IMG/VR virus record: IMGVR_UViG_3300024264_002047
Reading direction: 5' to 3' (one strand)
DNA from: a virus
Length of the DNA stretch: 64,000 nt
Below the pieces are notes generated by a model. The model had not been told where the DNA came from, made no database searches, and was given only the letters and a program-made list of their open reading frames with translations. Within the stretch, counting starts at the first letter, position 1. Each line of letters begins with the position of its first letter. Shown piece by piece: positions 9,217 through 17,780 of this stretch. The translations under genes and the position numbers were made by a program.

Positions 9217-9711
9217 ATGGCAGAAATTATTAACAACTACTTATCACCGACAAACTTCACGGTTAATGTTCAGCGCATACCTAACATTGAGTTCTTTGTG
9301 CAGAAACTTTCTATCCCAAGTTTATCAGCAACACCGTCTGCGCGAGATACTCCGCTCAATGTACTATATGACATCAACGATAAATTGACTTATGCTGATT
9401 TAGAGATGACGTTTATCATCGATGAGAATATGAATAACTATAAAGAGATACTTGATTGGTTAGAAGGTATTAGTGGATCTACATCTACTAATCAAAATAA
9501 ACAATTGGGGCTATCAAAGTACGGTTTTAAATCTGACATTATCGCAACCATCACAAACTCCCACAAGAACCCAAACACAAGATTTATATTTAGAGACTGT
9601 TTTCCTACAGGATTAGGATCAGTTGAACTCGATGTAAATGTTCAAGACGTTTCTTACGCCACTTGTTCAGTCACAATGAGATACGATATTTTTACAATGG
9701 AACAATTATAG
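9217..9711 (+). CDS. 3: Tail tube terminator/completion protein gp3-like
   Basis: NYLSPTNF, FIIDENMNNY.EI..W, FRDCFPT; gp3-uvsY-uvsW-55 synteny. Confidence 0.8.
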   Translation: MAEIINNYLSPTNFTVNVQRIPNIEFFVQKLSIPSLSATPSARDTPLNVLYDINDKLTYADLEMTFIIDENMNNYKEILDWLEGISGSTSTNQNKQLGLSKYGFKSDIIATITNSHKNPNTRFIFRDCFPTGLGSVELDVNVQDVSYATCSVTMRYDIFTMEQL

Positions 9712-9724
9712 GATAAACTTTATT

Positions 9725-10330
9725 ATGAATTATGATTTTATTGAAGTAGGAACTTCTGATTTTGAAACACATATCCAAAACGCTCGAGACGAAACAGTTG
9801 GTTTATCTATTGAACCAATACAGTATTATTTAGATCGCCTTCCAAACAAAGAGAATGTTGAGAAACTCAATTGCGCAGTTTCTTTTGATGGGAAGCCGGG
9901 TCGAGATAAAGTATACTATATACCCCATGAAACAATTATAAGACAAGGCATTCCACATTGGATTCGTGGTTGTAATTCTATGGGTGACTATCACTATCAA
10001 CACAAAGTAAGAAATCTTCAAGAGTTCGTTGAAACAATTGAAGTTGATGTAATACCTTTACGTGATATCTTTGAGCATCATAATGTTGAACAACTTAAAA
10101 CATTAAAATTAGATACTGAAGGTGGAGATTCTTATATCTTACAATCATTCATTCCTTTCCTAAAAGACAGGTTAAAAGAAAACTATCCACAGACGATTGA
10201 ATTTGAGACCAACATATTAACACCAGCAGAAGTTGTTAATGAGACAATAGAGTTATATGTTGAGCTTGGTTATAGAGTTGCTCAGCGCGGTGTAGGAGAA
10301 CAAAATACTATATTGGCTATTGACATTTAG
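9725..10330 (+). CDS. Divergent FkbM-like methyltransferase
   Basis: FIEVGTSDF, SIEP, LKLDTEGGD. Confidence 0.7.
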   Translation: MNYDFIEVGTSDFETHIQNARDETVGLSIEPIQYYLDRLPNKENVEKLNCAVSFDGKPGRDKVYYIPHETIIRQGIPHWIRGCNSMGDYHYQHKVRNLQEFVETIEVDVIPLRDIFEHHNVEQLKTLKLDTEGGDSYILQSFIPFLKDRLKENYPQTIEFETNILTPAEVVNETIELYVELGYRVAQRGVGEQNTILAIDI

Positions 10331-10348
10331 CTCAAAGTTTGTTATAAT
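10320..10348 (+). promoter_or_regulatory. Sigma70-type promoter
   Basis: TTGACA-N17-TATAAT. Confidence 0.85.
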
Positions 10349-10381
10349 AGATATGAATTAAAAGTTTTGAGATAATAAATT

Positions 10382-10819
10382 ATGGACACAAATGATATAG
10401 CAAGCCTTTGGGCAAAAGACTCACCAATAGATGAAACTAATCTAGTCGGCGAAAGTAAAAGAATCCCTGAATTGCATAGCAAGTATTATAACTTGTATTA
10501 TAGGGAAGTCCTTCGAGTGAAAAAGCTTAAAGCAGAATACAAAGATCTTGAGATGGACAAACGTAATTACTACGATGGATCCATGGATGAACTAACACTA
10601 AGAGAGAAAGGTTGGAAACCGTTTCAACGAAAAGTAATTCGTAATGATTTGGATAAGCATATTCAGGCCGATGCTGATATTATCAAACTAAGTCTTACTG
10701 TTGATTTTCATACTGCCAACGCAAACTATCTCGAGGATATAATTAAAACAATACATAGCAGGAACTTCGTAATTAAGAATATGATTGATATTCTAAAGTT
10801 TCAGTCAGGAGATTATTAA
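10382..10819 (+). CDS. uvsY: Recombination mediator UvsY
   Basis: IPELHSKY...RNFVIKNMID; synteny. Confidence 0.9.
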   Translation: MDTNDIASLWAKDSPIDETNLVGESKRIPELHSKYYNLYYREVLRVKKLKAEYKDLEMDKRNYYDGSMDELTLREKGWKPFQRKVIRNDLDKHIQADADIIKLSLTVDFHTANANYLEDIIKTIHSRNFVIKNMIDILKFQSGDY

Positions 10820-11037
10820 TGGATTGGTTAACAAAGTTTTGGAGAAAGCCTGAGGTTCAGCAACAGGAAACTCTTGTCATAGACATGATGAAGGACGATG
10901 TTGACCCCCAAGAACTAACAATTGAAAACGCATATAAGACAAGATGGATTTGGTACCATACAATATTAGCAATAGGTATCTTTTTCACAAACATATTATT
11001 AACGGCAATACTTTTATTATTGGCAATTAAATTATGA
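10819..11037 (+). CDS. Small membrane protein
   Basis: C-terminal TM helix, coupled start. Confidence 0.65.
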   Translation: MDWLTKFWRKPEVQQQETLVIDMMKDDVDPQELTIENAYKTRWIWYHTILAIGIFFTNILLTAILLLLAIKL

Positions 11038-11501
11038 ATCCATACGCAGCAGATATACCTGAAGAATTAAAAAGAACTATTTACAAAGGCTTTCGTTCTA
11101 TTCAGGAAATCGAAGGAATTCCATTGAGAACACAGCAAGGTATGTTACTTGCATTAACTGGAATGTTAAAAGAATATGGTTGGCCGGTGATTGGTATTAC
11201 TGAAGCAGCTGCGATTCGTATACAAGAGAATGAATTTAAAAGACCAAAGAAAATCAATCGTTCACATATCTATTCAAGAAAAGAAACAGCAGAGATCCTA
11301 TTCTCAAAGACTTGGACATTTACTGAATTTTGGGATTTCTTTTTAGAACGCGACTGTTGTGTATTAGCAACGTCTAAAGAAAACTATTCAAAGGAACCTG
11401 AAGATCTATGGAGACAAGTACCAAAAGGTATGTTTCAATCTGTAGGATTTGCATTCAGAGTTGGAAAAGAAGAAGCAGGATGGCTTAAAGAGCAATTATG
11501 A
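11034..11501 (+). CDS. Hypothetical protein
   Basis: 155 aa, 4 nt overlaps on both sides. Confidence 0.7.
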   Translation: MNPYAADIPEELKRTIYKGFRSIQEIEGIPLRTQQGMLLALTGMLKEYGWPVIGITEAAAIRIQENEFKRPKKINRSHIYSRKETAEILFSKTWTFTEFWDFFLERDCCVLATSKENYSKEPEDLWRQVPKGMFQSVGFAFRVGKEEAGWLKEQL

Positions 11502-11875
11502 GTGAATTAATATATAGTGCATTACGAACACCAGATGGCACAATAATTGAAAGTAAGTCTAGGCATGATTATGTTACACATATTGATGCTAACGGCAAAA
11601 AGTATATGCTTGATGGCGGACTAAATTATGTTCGCTCTAGTATGAATGGCGATGAAGAATATTTAACAGTTAAAGCGGATGATCCACATGAGACTGTTAG
11701 ACAATATTGTCGTTGGGGAACTTATGGTCCTAAGGGTGACCAACCACTCACATATAAGAAGTTGTGCGATATGTCTACTGACCACATCGAAGCAGTATTG
11801 AAAAATGTAAGTAGAATTAAGACTTCCATAAAAACTGCTATGCTCAATGAGTTGGAGTATCGAGAACAATTATGA
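11498..11875 (+). CDS. Conserved phage hypothetical protein (IESxxRHDY...DGGxxY)
   Basis: 125 aa, coupled starts. Confidence 0.75.
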   Translation: MSELIYSALRTPDGTIIESKSRHDYVTHIDANGKKYMLDGGLNYVRSSMNGDEEYLTVKADDPHETVRQYCRWGTYGPKGDQPLTYKKLCDMSTDHIEAVLKNVSRIKTSIKTAMLNELEYREQL

Positions 11876-13365
11876 GTGAAAGAATCGAAGTAGAAAATAT
11901 CAATGCAGTGTATATGCGAATCAAAGCCGACTCAGGTTTGAAGATGGAGTTGTCTGAGTTCTTTGCGTTTAAACCAGAAGGGTATCAGTTCAGTCCTAAA
12001 TACAAAGCAAGAGTATGGGATGGAACAATACGACTCTTTCAGCCAATGCGTCCTGTATTATATGTTGGTCTACTTCCACACCTTAAGAAGTTCTGTAAAG
12101 ATAGAGATTATATATTAGAAGCACCGGCAGAGATCGGAGAACCTGAAATCATAGAGGATGGATACGTTGAAGAATTGGCTGAAGAGATTAACTGTAAATT
12201 TAAACCAAGAGACTATCAGATCGAATATATCACTAACGCTTTGCGTAACCGTAGATCTTTATCTCTATCACCGACATCATCTGGTAAGTCTTTAATTATT
12301 TACCTAATACAACAACATTACTATCAGAGCTTTGGATTAAGAACATTAATTATTGTTCCTACCATTTCGTTAGTACATCAGATGGCTGGTGACTTTGTTG
12401 ATTACGGTTGTGATGAATCAGATATCTATAAAATACAAGGTGGTGTTGATAAGAATACGAAAGCACCAATAGTAATCTCTACTTGGCAATCTTTGGTCAA
12501 ACAAGATAAGGATTGGTTCGGTCAATTTGGTTGTGTGATGGGCGATGAAGCTCATACGTTCCAAGCAAAGTCATTAACAACCATTATGCATAAACTCGAA
12601 GAATGTACTTATCGTCATGGATTTACAGGTACACTCAAATCATCAGAAAGTAAAACGCATAGGTTAGTACTCGAAGGTTGTTTCGGAGAAGTAAAAAGAA
12701 TCGTATCCACAAAGAAATTAATGGACGAAGGTACGGTTGCTGATTTTGAAGTAAAGGCTATTGTATTGAATCATAGTAACGAAGCAAAGGCTGCGTTCAA
12801 AAAGGCAATGGGACAAGTAAAGGAATCGGTTAAGAAGTGGCCTGCTGAACGTGAGTTTATTGTATTCCATGAAAAGAGAAACAATTTCATTAAGAACCTT
12901 GTTCATTCTCTAAAAGATCAAAACAATTTAATACTATTTGACTTGGTTGAGAAACATGGTAAAGTACTTGCTCCTTTATTAGAAAAAGAAGGTAGAGAGT
13001 TACATTTTATTTACGGAGCTACGAAAGGAGAAGAACGTGAACGCATACGACATTTGGTCGAGAACGACCCTGATAAGAAACACAATATACTCGCATCCTA
13101 TGGAGTGTTTAGTACTGGTGTTAATATTAAAAGACTTGATAATGTAATCTTTGCTTCTTCAAGTAAATCTGAGATCAAGGTATTACAATCAATAGGTAGA
13201 AGTTTACGTAAAGCGGAGGACTCGCAGAAAGCGGTCCTCTATGATATCGCTGATGATTTGTCGGTGGGAAGTTACGAAAACTATACATTGAAACATTTTA
13301 AATCAAGAATTGAAATCTACTCGTCAGAGGAGTTTCCGTTTAAAATATTTACTGTCGACATATAA
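11872..13365 (+). CDS. uvsW: SF2 DNA/RNA helicase UvsW
   Basis: PRDYQ, SPTSSGKS, DEAH, TGT, QSIGRSLR. Confidence 0.95.
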   Translation: MSERIEVENINAVYMRIKADSGLKMELSEFFAFKPEGYQFSPKYKARVWDGTIRLFQPMRPVLYVGLLPHLKKFCKDRDYILEAPAEIGEPEIIEDGYVEELAEEINCKFKPRDYQIEYITNALRNRRSLSLSPTSSGKSLIIYLIQQHYYQSFGLRTLIIVPTISLVHQMAGDFVDYGCDESDIYKIQGGVDKNTKAPIVISTWQSLVKQDKDWFGQFGCVMGDEAHTFQAKSLTTIMHKLEECTYRHGFTGTLKSSESKTHRLVLEGCFGEVKRIVSTKKLMDEGTVADFEVKAIVLNHSNEAKAAFKKAMGQVKESVKKWPAEREFIVFHEKRNNFIKNLVHSLKDQNNLILFDLVEKHGKVLAPLLEKEGRELHFIYGATKGEERERIRHLVENDPDKKHNILASYGVFSTGVNIKRLDNVIFASSSKSEIKVLQSIGRSLRKAEDSQKAVLYDIADDLSVGSYENYTLKHFKSRIEIYSSEEFPFKIFTVDI

Positions 13366-13395
13366 AACTAATATACCTTTAAAGTCGATAAACTT

Positions 13396-13424
13396 ATTAT
13401 ACAAGGAAGTATAAGAGATGTCAA
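13396..13424 (-). promoter_or_regulatory. Sigma70-type promoter antisense to uvsW
   Basis: ctaTTGACA-N17-TATAAT on the minus strand. Confidence 0.75.
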
Positions 13425-13472
13425 TAGTTTTTTCAAAAAAGTTGAATTAATTTCATATTTGTTATAAAACCA

Positions 13473-13501
13473 TTGACAAACTAGTGAAACTGGTATATAA
13501 T
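13473..13501 (+). promoter_or_regulatory. Sigma70-type promoter for gp55
   Basis: TTGACA-N17-TATAAT. Confidence 0.85.
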
Positions 13502-13536
13502 TACATTATTAAAACAAAAAGGAGTGTTAGTTTGAA

Positions 13537-14019
13537 ATGGCTAAGAAACGAAACTACGTAAACAATAAAGACCTCCTCGCAGCACTGATTGCTTATAGAG
13601 CAGCGGTAGCAGAAGCAGAGGAAGGCGGCGAAGATAAACCACAAGTACCCGATTACATCGGTAAGTGTATTATGATGATAGCTCAAAGGTTGGCAACGCG
13701 TCCAAACTTTAGTGGTTATATGTATAAGGAAGAAATGATCTCGGACGGAATTGAGAACTGCCTTCAATATATACATAACTTTAATCCAGATAAATCTCAG
13801 AATCCATTTGCTTATTTTACTCAAATCATTTGGTATGCATTCTTACGCAGAATCTCTAAAGAGAAAAAGCAGATGTATATTAAATTTAAAGCTTCACAGA
13901 GACAGATGTCGGATAATGAAGTATTTGATTCAGCAGGAGAACCAGTTACTGGAAATCAACTGCCTGATTATATTAACGACTTCATTGATGACTTTGAAAA
14001 CAAACTCAAAAAGAAGTAA
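13537..14019 (+). CDS. 55: Late-transcription sigma factor gp55
   Basis: NYVNNK, EMISDGIENC, NPFAYFTQI. Confidence 0.95.
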   Translation: MAKKRNYVNNKDLLAALIAYRAAVAEAEEGGEDKPQVPDYIGKCIMMIAQRLATRPNFSGYMYKEEMISDGIENCLQYIHNFNPDKSQNPFAYFTQIIWYAFLRRISKEKKQMYIKFKASQRQMSDNEVFDSAGEPVTGNQLPDYINDFIDDFENKLKKK

Positions 14020-14022
14020 ATC

Positions 14023-14394
14023 ATGTTTGATTATAAGAAACCTTCAATTCAGATTGTAGGTAAGTGGCAACCCTGGCATCAAGGTCATACAAATTTATTT
14101 AAAAAGGCCTTGACATTCACAGGACAAGTTGTTATAATAGTCAAAGAAGTATATAAAGCAGACGGTGAAGATGCACCGTTTGGTGAGATAGATGTTATCA
14201 ACTCAATAACGATAGCATTAGAAAAGGAAGGCTTCTATGATGGAAAGCATTACATTATTGTATGTACTCCAAATATAGTAGGTGTTCTAAACGGACCTGG
14301 TAATGGAATATCTAAATACGAAATGACCAGTACCGAAGATTATATTATGTCAAGTGAAATTAGACAAACATTGAGAGAAGAAGGTAAATTATGA
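14023..14394 (+). CDS. Cytidylyltransferase-like (HxGH) protein
   Basis: GKWQPWHQGH and MSSEIR motifs. Confidence 0.7.
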   Translation: MFDYKKPSIQIVGKWQPWHQGHTNLFKKALTFTGQVVIIVKEVYKADGEDAPFGEIDVINSITIALEKEGFYDGKHYIIVCTPNIVGVLNGPGNGISKYEMTSTEDYIMSSEIRQTLREEGKL

Positions 14395-14951
14395 AGTTAG
14401 TATCTAACAAGGATTCAATATTAACAAAAGTACTACAAGATGTCGATATGGAAAATCCGCAGATTGATTTAAAGCAAACTAAGAACGATATGGTGGAGCT
14501 GATGGTCTCTAAAAGAGGTCTAGGGTTGTCTGCATCTCAAGTCGGTATTGATTATAAGGTCTTTATTATCGGTGAAGACAAAGAGAATACGATGATGTTT
14601 GTGAATCCTGAAGTTCTATCTGTTTCAGAAGAAACTGAATTAGATATCGAAGGTTGTTTAAGTTACCCAGATGTATTTGTTAAAATGCCAAGACCTAACA
14701 TGGTTGAAGCAAAGTGGTTTGACGAAGAAGGTAAACCACAGCAAGGTCGATTCGAAGGTTACACCGCAAGATGTTTCCTACATGAGTTTGACCACTTACA
14801 TGGTGTTGTATATAAGGACAAAGTATCTCGACTCAAATGGGATAGAGCTCTCAAAAAGAAATCAAAAATTACAAAGCAACGTAACCAATTAATGGCATAC
14901 ATGGCGAACGCTCAAGCAGCAATGGATAACGCCAAAGCCGCTCAGGAGTAA
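14391..14951 (+). CDS. def: Peptide deformylase
   Basis: GLGLSASQVG, EGCLS, HEFDH. Confidence 0.93.
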   Translation: MKLVSNKDSILTKVLQDVDMENPQIDLKQTKNDMVELMVSKRGLGLSASQVGIDYKVFIIGEDKENTMMFVNPEVLSVSEETELDIEGCLSYPDVFVKMPRPNMVEAKWFDEEGKPQQGRFEGYTARCFLHEFDHLHGVVYKDKVSRLKWDRALKKKSKITKQRNQLMAYMANAQAAMDNAKAAQE

Positions 14952-14952
14952 T

Positions 14953-16014
14953 ATGAAGATCGCGATCGTTACCGATATACACATCGGTGTCCGTGGAGAT
15001 AGCAAAGTATTCCACGAAGTTCAGAGAAAGTTTTTCGAAGAAGTATTCTTTCCATATATTGATGAACATGGTATCACAACTGTGTTTGATCTTGGTGATA
15101 CGTTTGACCGTCGTAAGTATATTAATTATGCTTCACTATCGGCAGGCAAATCATTTCTCTTTGACAATTTAGCAAAACGTAATATTGATTTCCATGCTCT
15201 TGTTGGTAATCATGATACTTATTATGCAAGTACTAACGAAATCAATAGTATGAATCTATTGCTGCAAGAGTATCCGCAGTTTACTTTATATCAAGACGAC
15301 GGAGTAGAATTGGAAATTGGTTCAACTAAATTCCTTATGCTACCTTGGTTGAATAAAGAGAACGGTGAAAAGAATCTAGAAATCGTAAAGAACTCTGATG
15401 CTAATATATTAATGGGACACCTTGAAGTAAAAGGTTTTGAGATGATGAAAGGCGCGTTGTGTACGCATGGTATTGATATGAACGTGTTCAAGAATTTTGA
15501 ATCTGCGTTCTCTGGTCATTTCCACCATCCTTCAAGATATGGTAATGTTGAGTACCTTGGATCACCGTATGAAATGACATGGTCTGATTATAAAGGTAGT
15601 CGAGGTTTCCATGTATTCGATACTGAAACAAGAGAGATGGTTAAGATTGAGAATCCTAATCGTGTATTCTATAAAGTATTCTATGACGATGAGAATTGGA
15701 CAGTTGACGATGTTGCGAATTACGATGTAGAACAATATCGAGACAAGTTCGTTAAGGTAATCGTACAGAATAGAACTAACGCATATCTTTATGATATGTT
15801 TATGGGTCGTATGTCTGAATGTGGTGCGGTAGATGTTAGAGCCGTTGATGACCATTTAAATTTAGATGCAGAAGGCGTTGATGAGATACTTGACGAAACA
15901 AAAGATACGACAGAAATATTATCACAATACATTGATGGTCTTGAGACTACAATTGATAAAGTAAAAGTAAAGACTGTATTGGATGATTTATATCATGAGG
16001 CACTTAGTTTATGA
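14953..16014 (+). CDS. 47: Recombination nuclease gp47 (Mre11/SbcD-like)
   Basis: DIH, GDTFD, GNHD, GHFH. Confidence 0.95.
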   Translation: MKIAIVTDIHIGVRGDSKVFHEVQRKFFEEVFFPYIDEHGITTVFDLGDTFDRRKYINYASLSAGKSFLFDNLAKRNIDFHALVGNHDTYYASTNEINSMNLLLQEYPQFTLYQDDGVELEIGSTKFLMLPWLNKENGEKNLEIVKNSDANILMGHLEVKGFEMMKGALCTHGIDMNVFKNFESAFSGHFHHPSRYGNVEYLGSPYEMTWSDYKGSRGFHVFDTETREMVKIENPNRVFYKVFYDDENWTVDDVANYDVEQYRDKFVKVIVQNRTNAYLYDMFMGRMSECGAVDVRAVDDHLNLDAEGVDEILDETKDTTEILSQYIDGLETTIDKVKVKTVLDDLYHEALSL

Positions 16015-17723
16015 GAATTAACTTTGAGAAGGTTAAATATAAAAACATACTATCAACAGGAAACGTATTTACAACAGTTGAACTAAATCAAGTTCCTAGT
16101 ACATTGATCGCAGGATCAAATGGTTCAGGTAAAAGTACATTGCTTGATGCAATCGTATTTGGTCTATACGGCCGACCTTTTCGTAATATCAACAAAGCAC
16201 AGCTTGTTAACTCTATTAATAATAAAGAACTCATTGTAGAATTATACTTTACTGCCGGTGGTGATAAGTACAAAATCCTTCGTGGTATTAAACCTAATCT
16301 CTTTGAGATATGGAAGAATGGTGCAATGATTAATAAAGATGCATCTATTCGAGATTATCAAGGATTCCTCGAAGACGATATCTTAGGTATCAACTTTAAG
16401 GCATTCAATCAAATCGTGGTACTTGGTTCTGCTACTTATATTCCTTTTATGGAATTGAGAGCATATCAACGCCGAGAGATTATTGAAGACCTATTGGATA
16501 TTCAAGTATTCTCTGTTATGGGTACATTGGCAAAAGAACGTATGTCAAGTATCAAGACTGATATTACTGATAACAAGTATGATATAGAAATGGTTGAGAG
16601 TAAGATATCTTCTCAACAAGAAAACGATGAAGCAATTCGTAATCTAAAAACAATTGAAGTCGATAAGATCAAAGAAAAGATGGGTGGTCATATCGAAGAT
16701 ATAGAAAACAAGAATGGTACTATTGATACTCAAGATGAGATTATAAAAGTACTCTACGATGATATCTCTGATAAACCTAATGAGAAACAAAAGTTTGCTG
16801 ATGCAACTGAAAAGAGAGCTGAGCTTGAAAGAAGTCGTGTACAGTTTGAAAAGGAACTATCGTTCTATGAACACAATGATGATTGTCCAACATGTAAGCA
16901 AGGTATTGCTCATGATTTCAAACAAGAACAGATTATAGATAAGAATCAACAGAAAGCTGGTATTGAGAAAGGTCTTGTTGAAATAGCAGACGTACTTACT
17001 AAACATCAGACTCGTTTAGGTTCTATCTCAAAAATCGAAGAACAGATTCAATCAGTTAACTTTAAGATCTCTGAGATCCGAGCTGAAATCAAAATGTCCA
17101 AGAATGCTCTAATGAGTTATAAAAAGGAACTTGATAATGCTCAAAAGGAAGTTGCTGAAATTGATACTTCTAAACTTGAGAATCTACAAAAGAGAATAGA
17201 TAAGCTAACTGCAAGTCGTACTGAACTTCTTGATGAACATGAAGTACTCAATATTGTTCAATTGATATTGAGAGACGGTGGTATTAAGGCAAAGATTATT
17301 TCTCAGTACATTCCAGTTATTAATAAACTTATCAACAAGTATCTTGCTGCGTTTGATCTGTTCGTTGACTTTCAACTTGACGAAGAGTTTAATGAAGTAA
17401 TACGTTCAAGGTTCAGAGACAAGTTCACCTATGCTAGTTTTTCCGAAGGTGAGAAACTACGTATCACACTATCAATCATGTTGGCATGGAGATCAGTTGC
17501 TAAACTAAGATCATCTGTTTCAACTAATCTATTGATACTTGATGAAACTCTTGACGGCGCCTTGGATGGTGTTGGTATTGAGAGTTTGATTGAAACACTG
17601 CATGGATTGAATAACGACGACAATATCTTTGTGATATCGCATCGTGGAGATCAGTTCGCAGAAAAGTTTGAGAACAACCTCAAGTTCGAGAAAATCAAGA
17701 ACTTCTCGGAGTTAGTACAATAA
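16011..17723 (+). CDS. 46: Recombination ATPase gp46 (Rad50/SbcC-like)
   Basis: GSNGSGKST, CPTC hook, FSEGE, LILDE. Confidence 0.95.
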   Translation: MRINFEKVKYKNILSTGNVFTTVELNQVPSTLIAGSNGSGKSTLLDAIVFGLYGRPFRNINKAQLVNSINNKELIVELYFTAGGDKYKILRGIKPNLFEIWKNGAMINKDASIRDYQGFLEDDILGINFKAFNQIVVLGSATYIPFMELRAYQRREIIEDLLDIQVFSVMGTLAKERMSSIKTDITDNKYDIEMVESKISSQQENDEAIRNLKTIEVDKIKEKMGGHIEDIENKNGTIDTQDEIIKVLYDDISDKPNEKQKFADATEKRAELERSRVQFEKELSFYEHNDDCPTCKQGIAHDFKQEQIIDKNQQKAGIEKGLVEIADVLTKHQTRLGSISKIEEQIQSVNFKISEIRAEIKMSKNALMSYKKELDNAQKEVAEIDTSKLENLQKRIDKLTASRTELLDEHEVLNIVQLILRDGGIKAKIISQYIPVINKLINKYLAAFDLFVDFQLDEEFNEVIRSRFRDKFTYASFSEGEKLRITLSIMLAWRSVAKLRSSVSTNLLILDETLDGALDGVGIESLIETLHGLNNDDNIFVISHRGDQFAEKFENNLKFEKIKNFSELVQ

Positions 17724-17726
17724 CCA

Positions 17727-17755
17727 TTGACATTCTCCGTCAACTAGTATATAAT
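17727..17755 (+). promoter_or_regulatory. Sigma70-type promoter for gp43
   Basis: TTGACA-N17-TATAAT. Confidence 0.85.
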
Positions 17756-17780
17756 GGTTGTTCAAATATAAAAAGGCATT

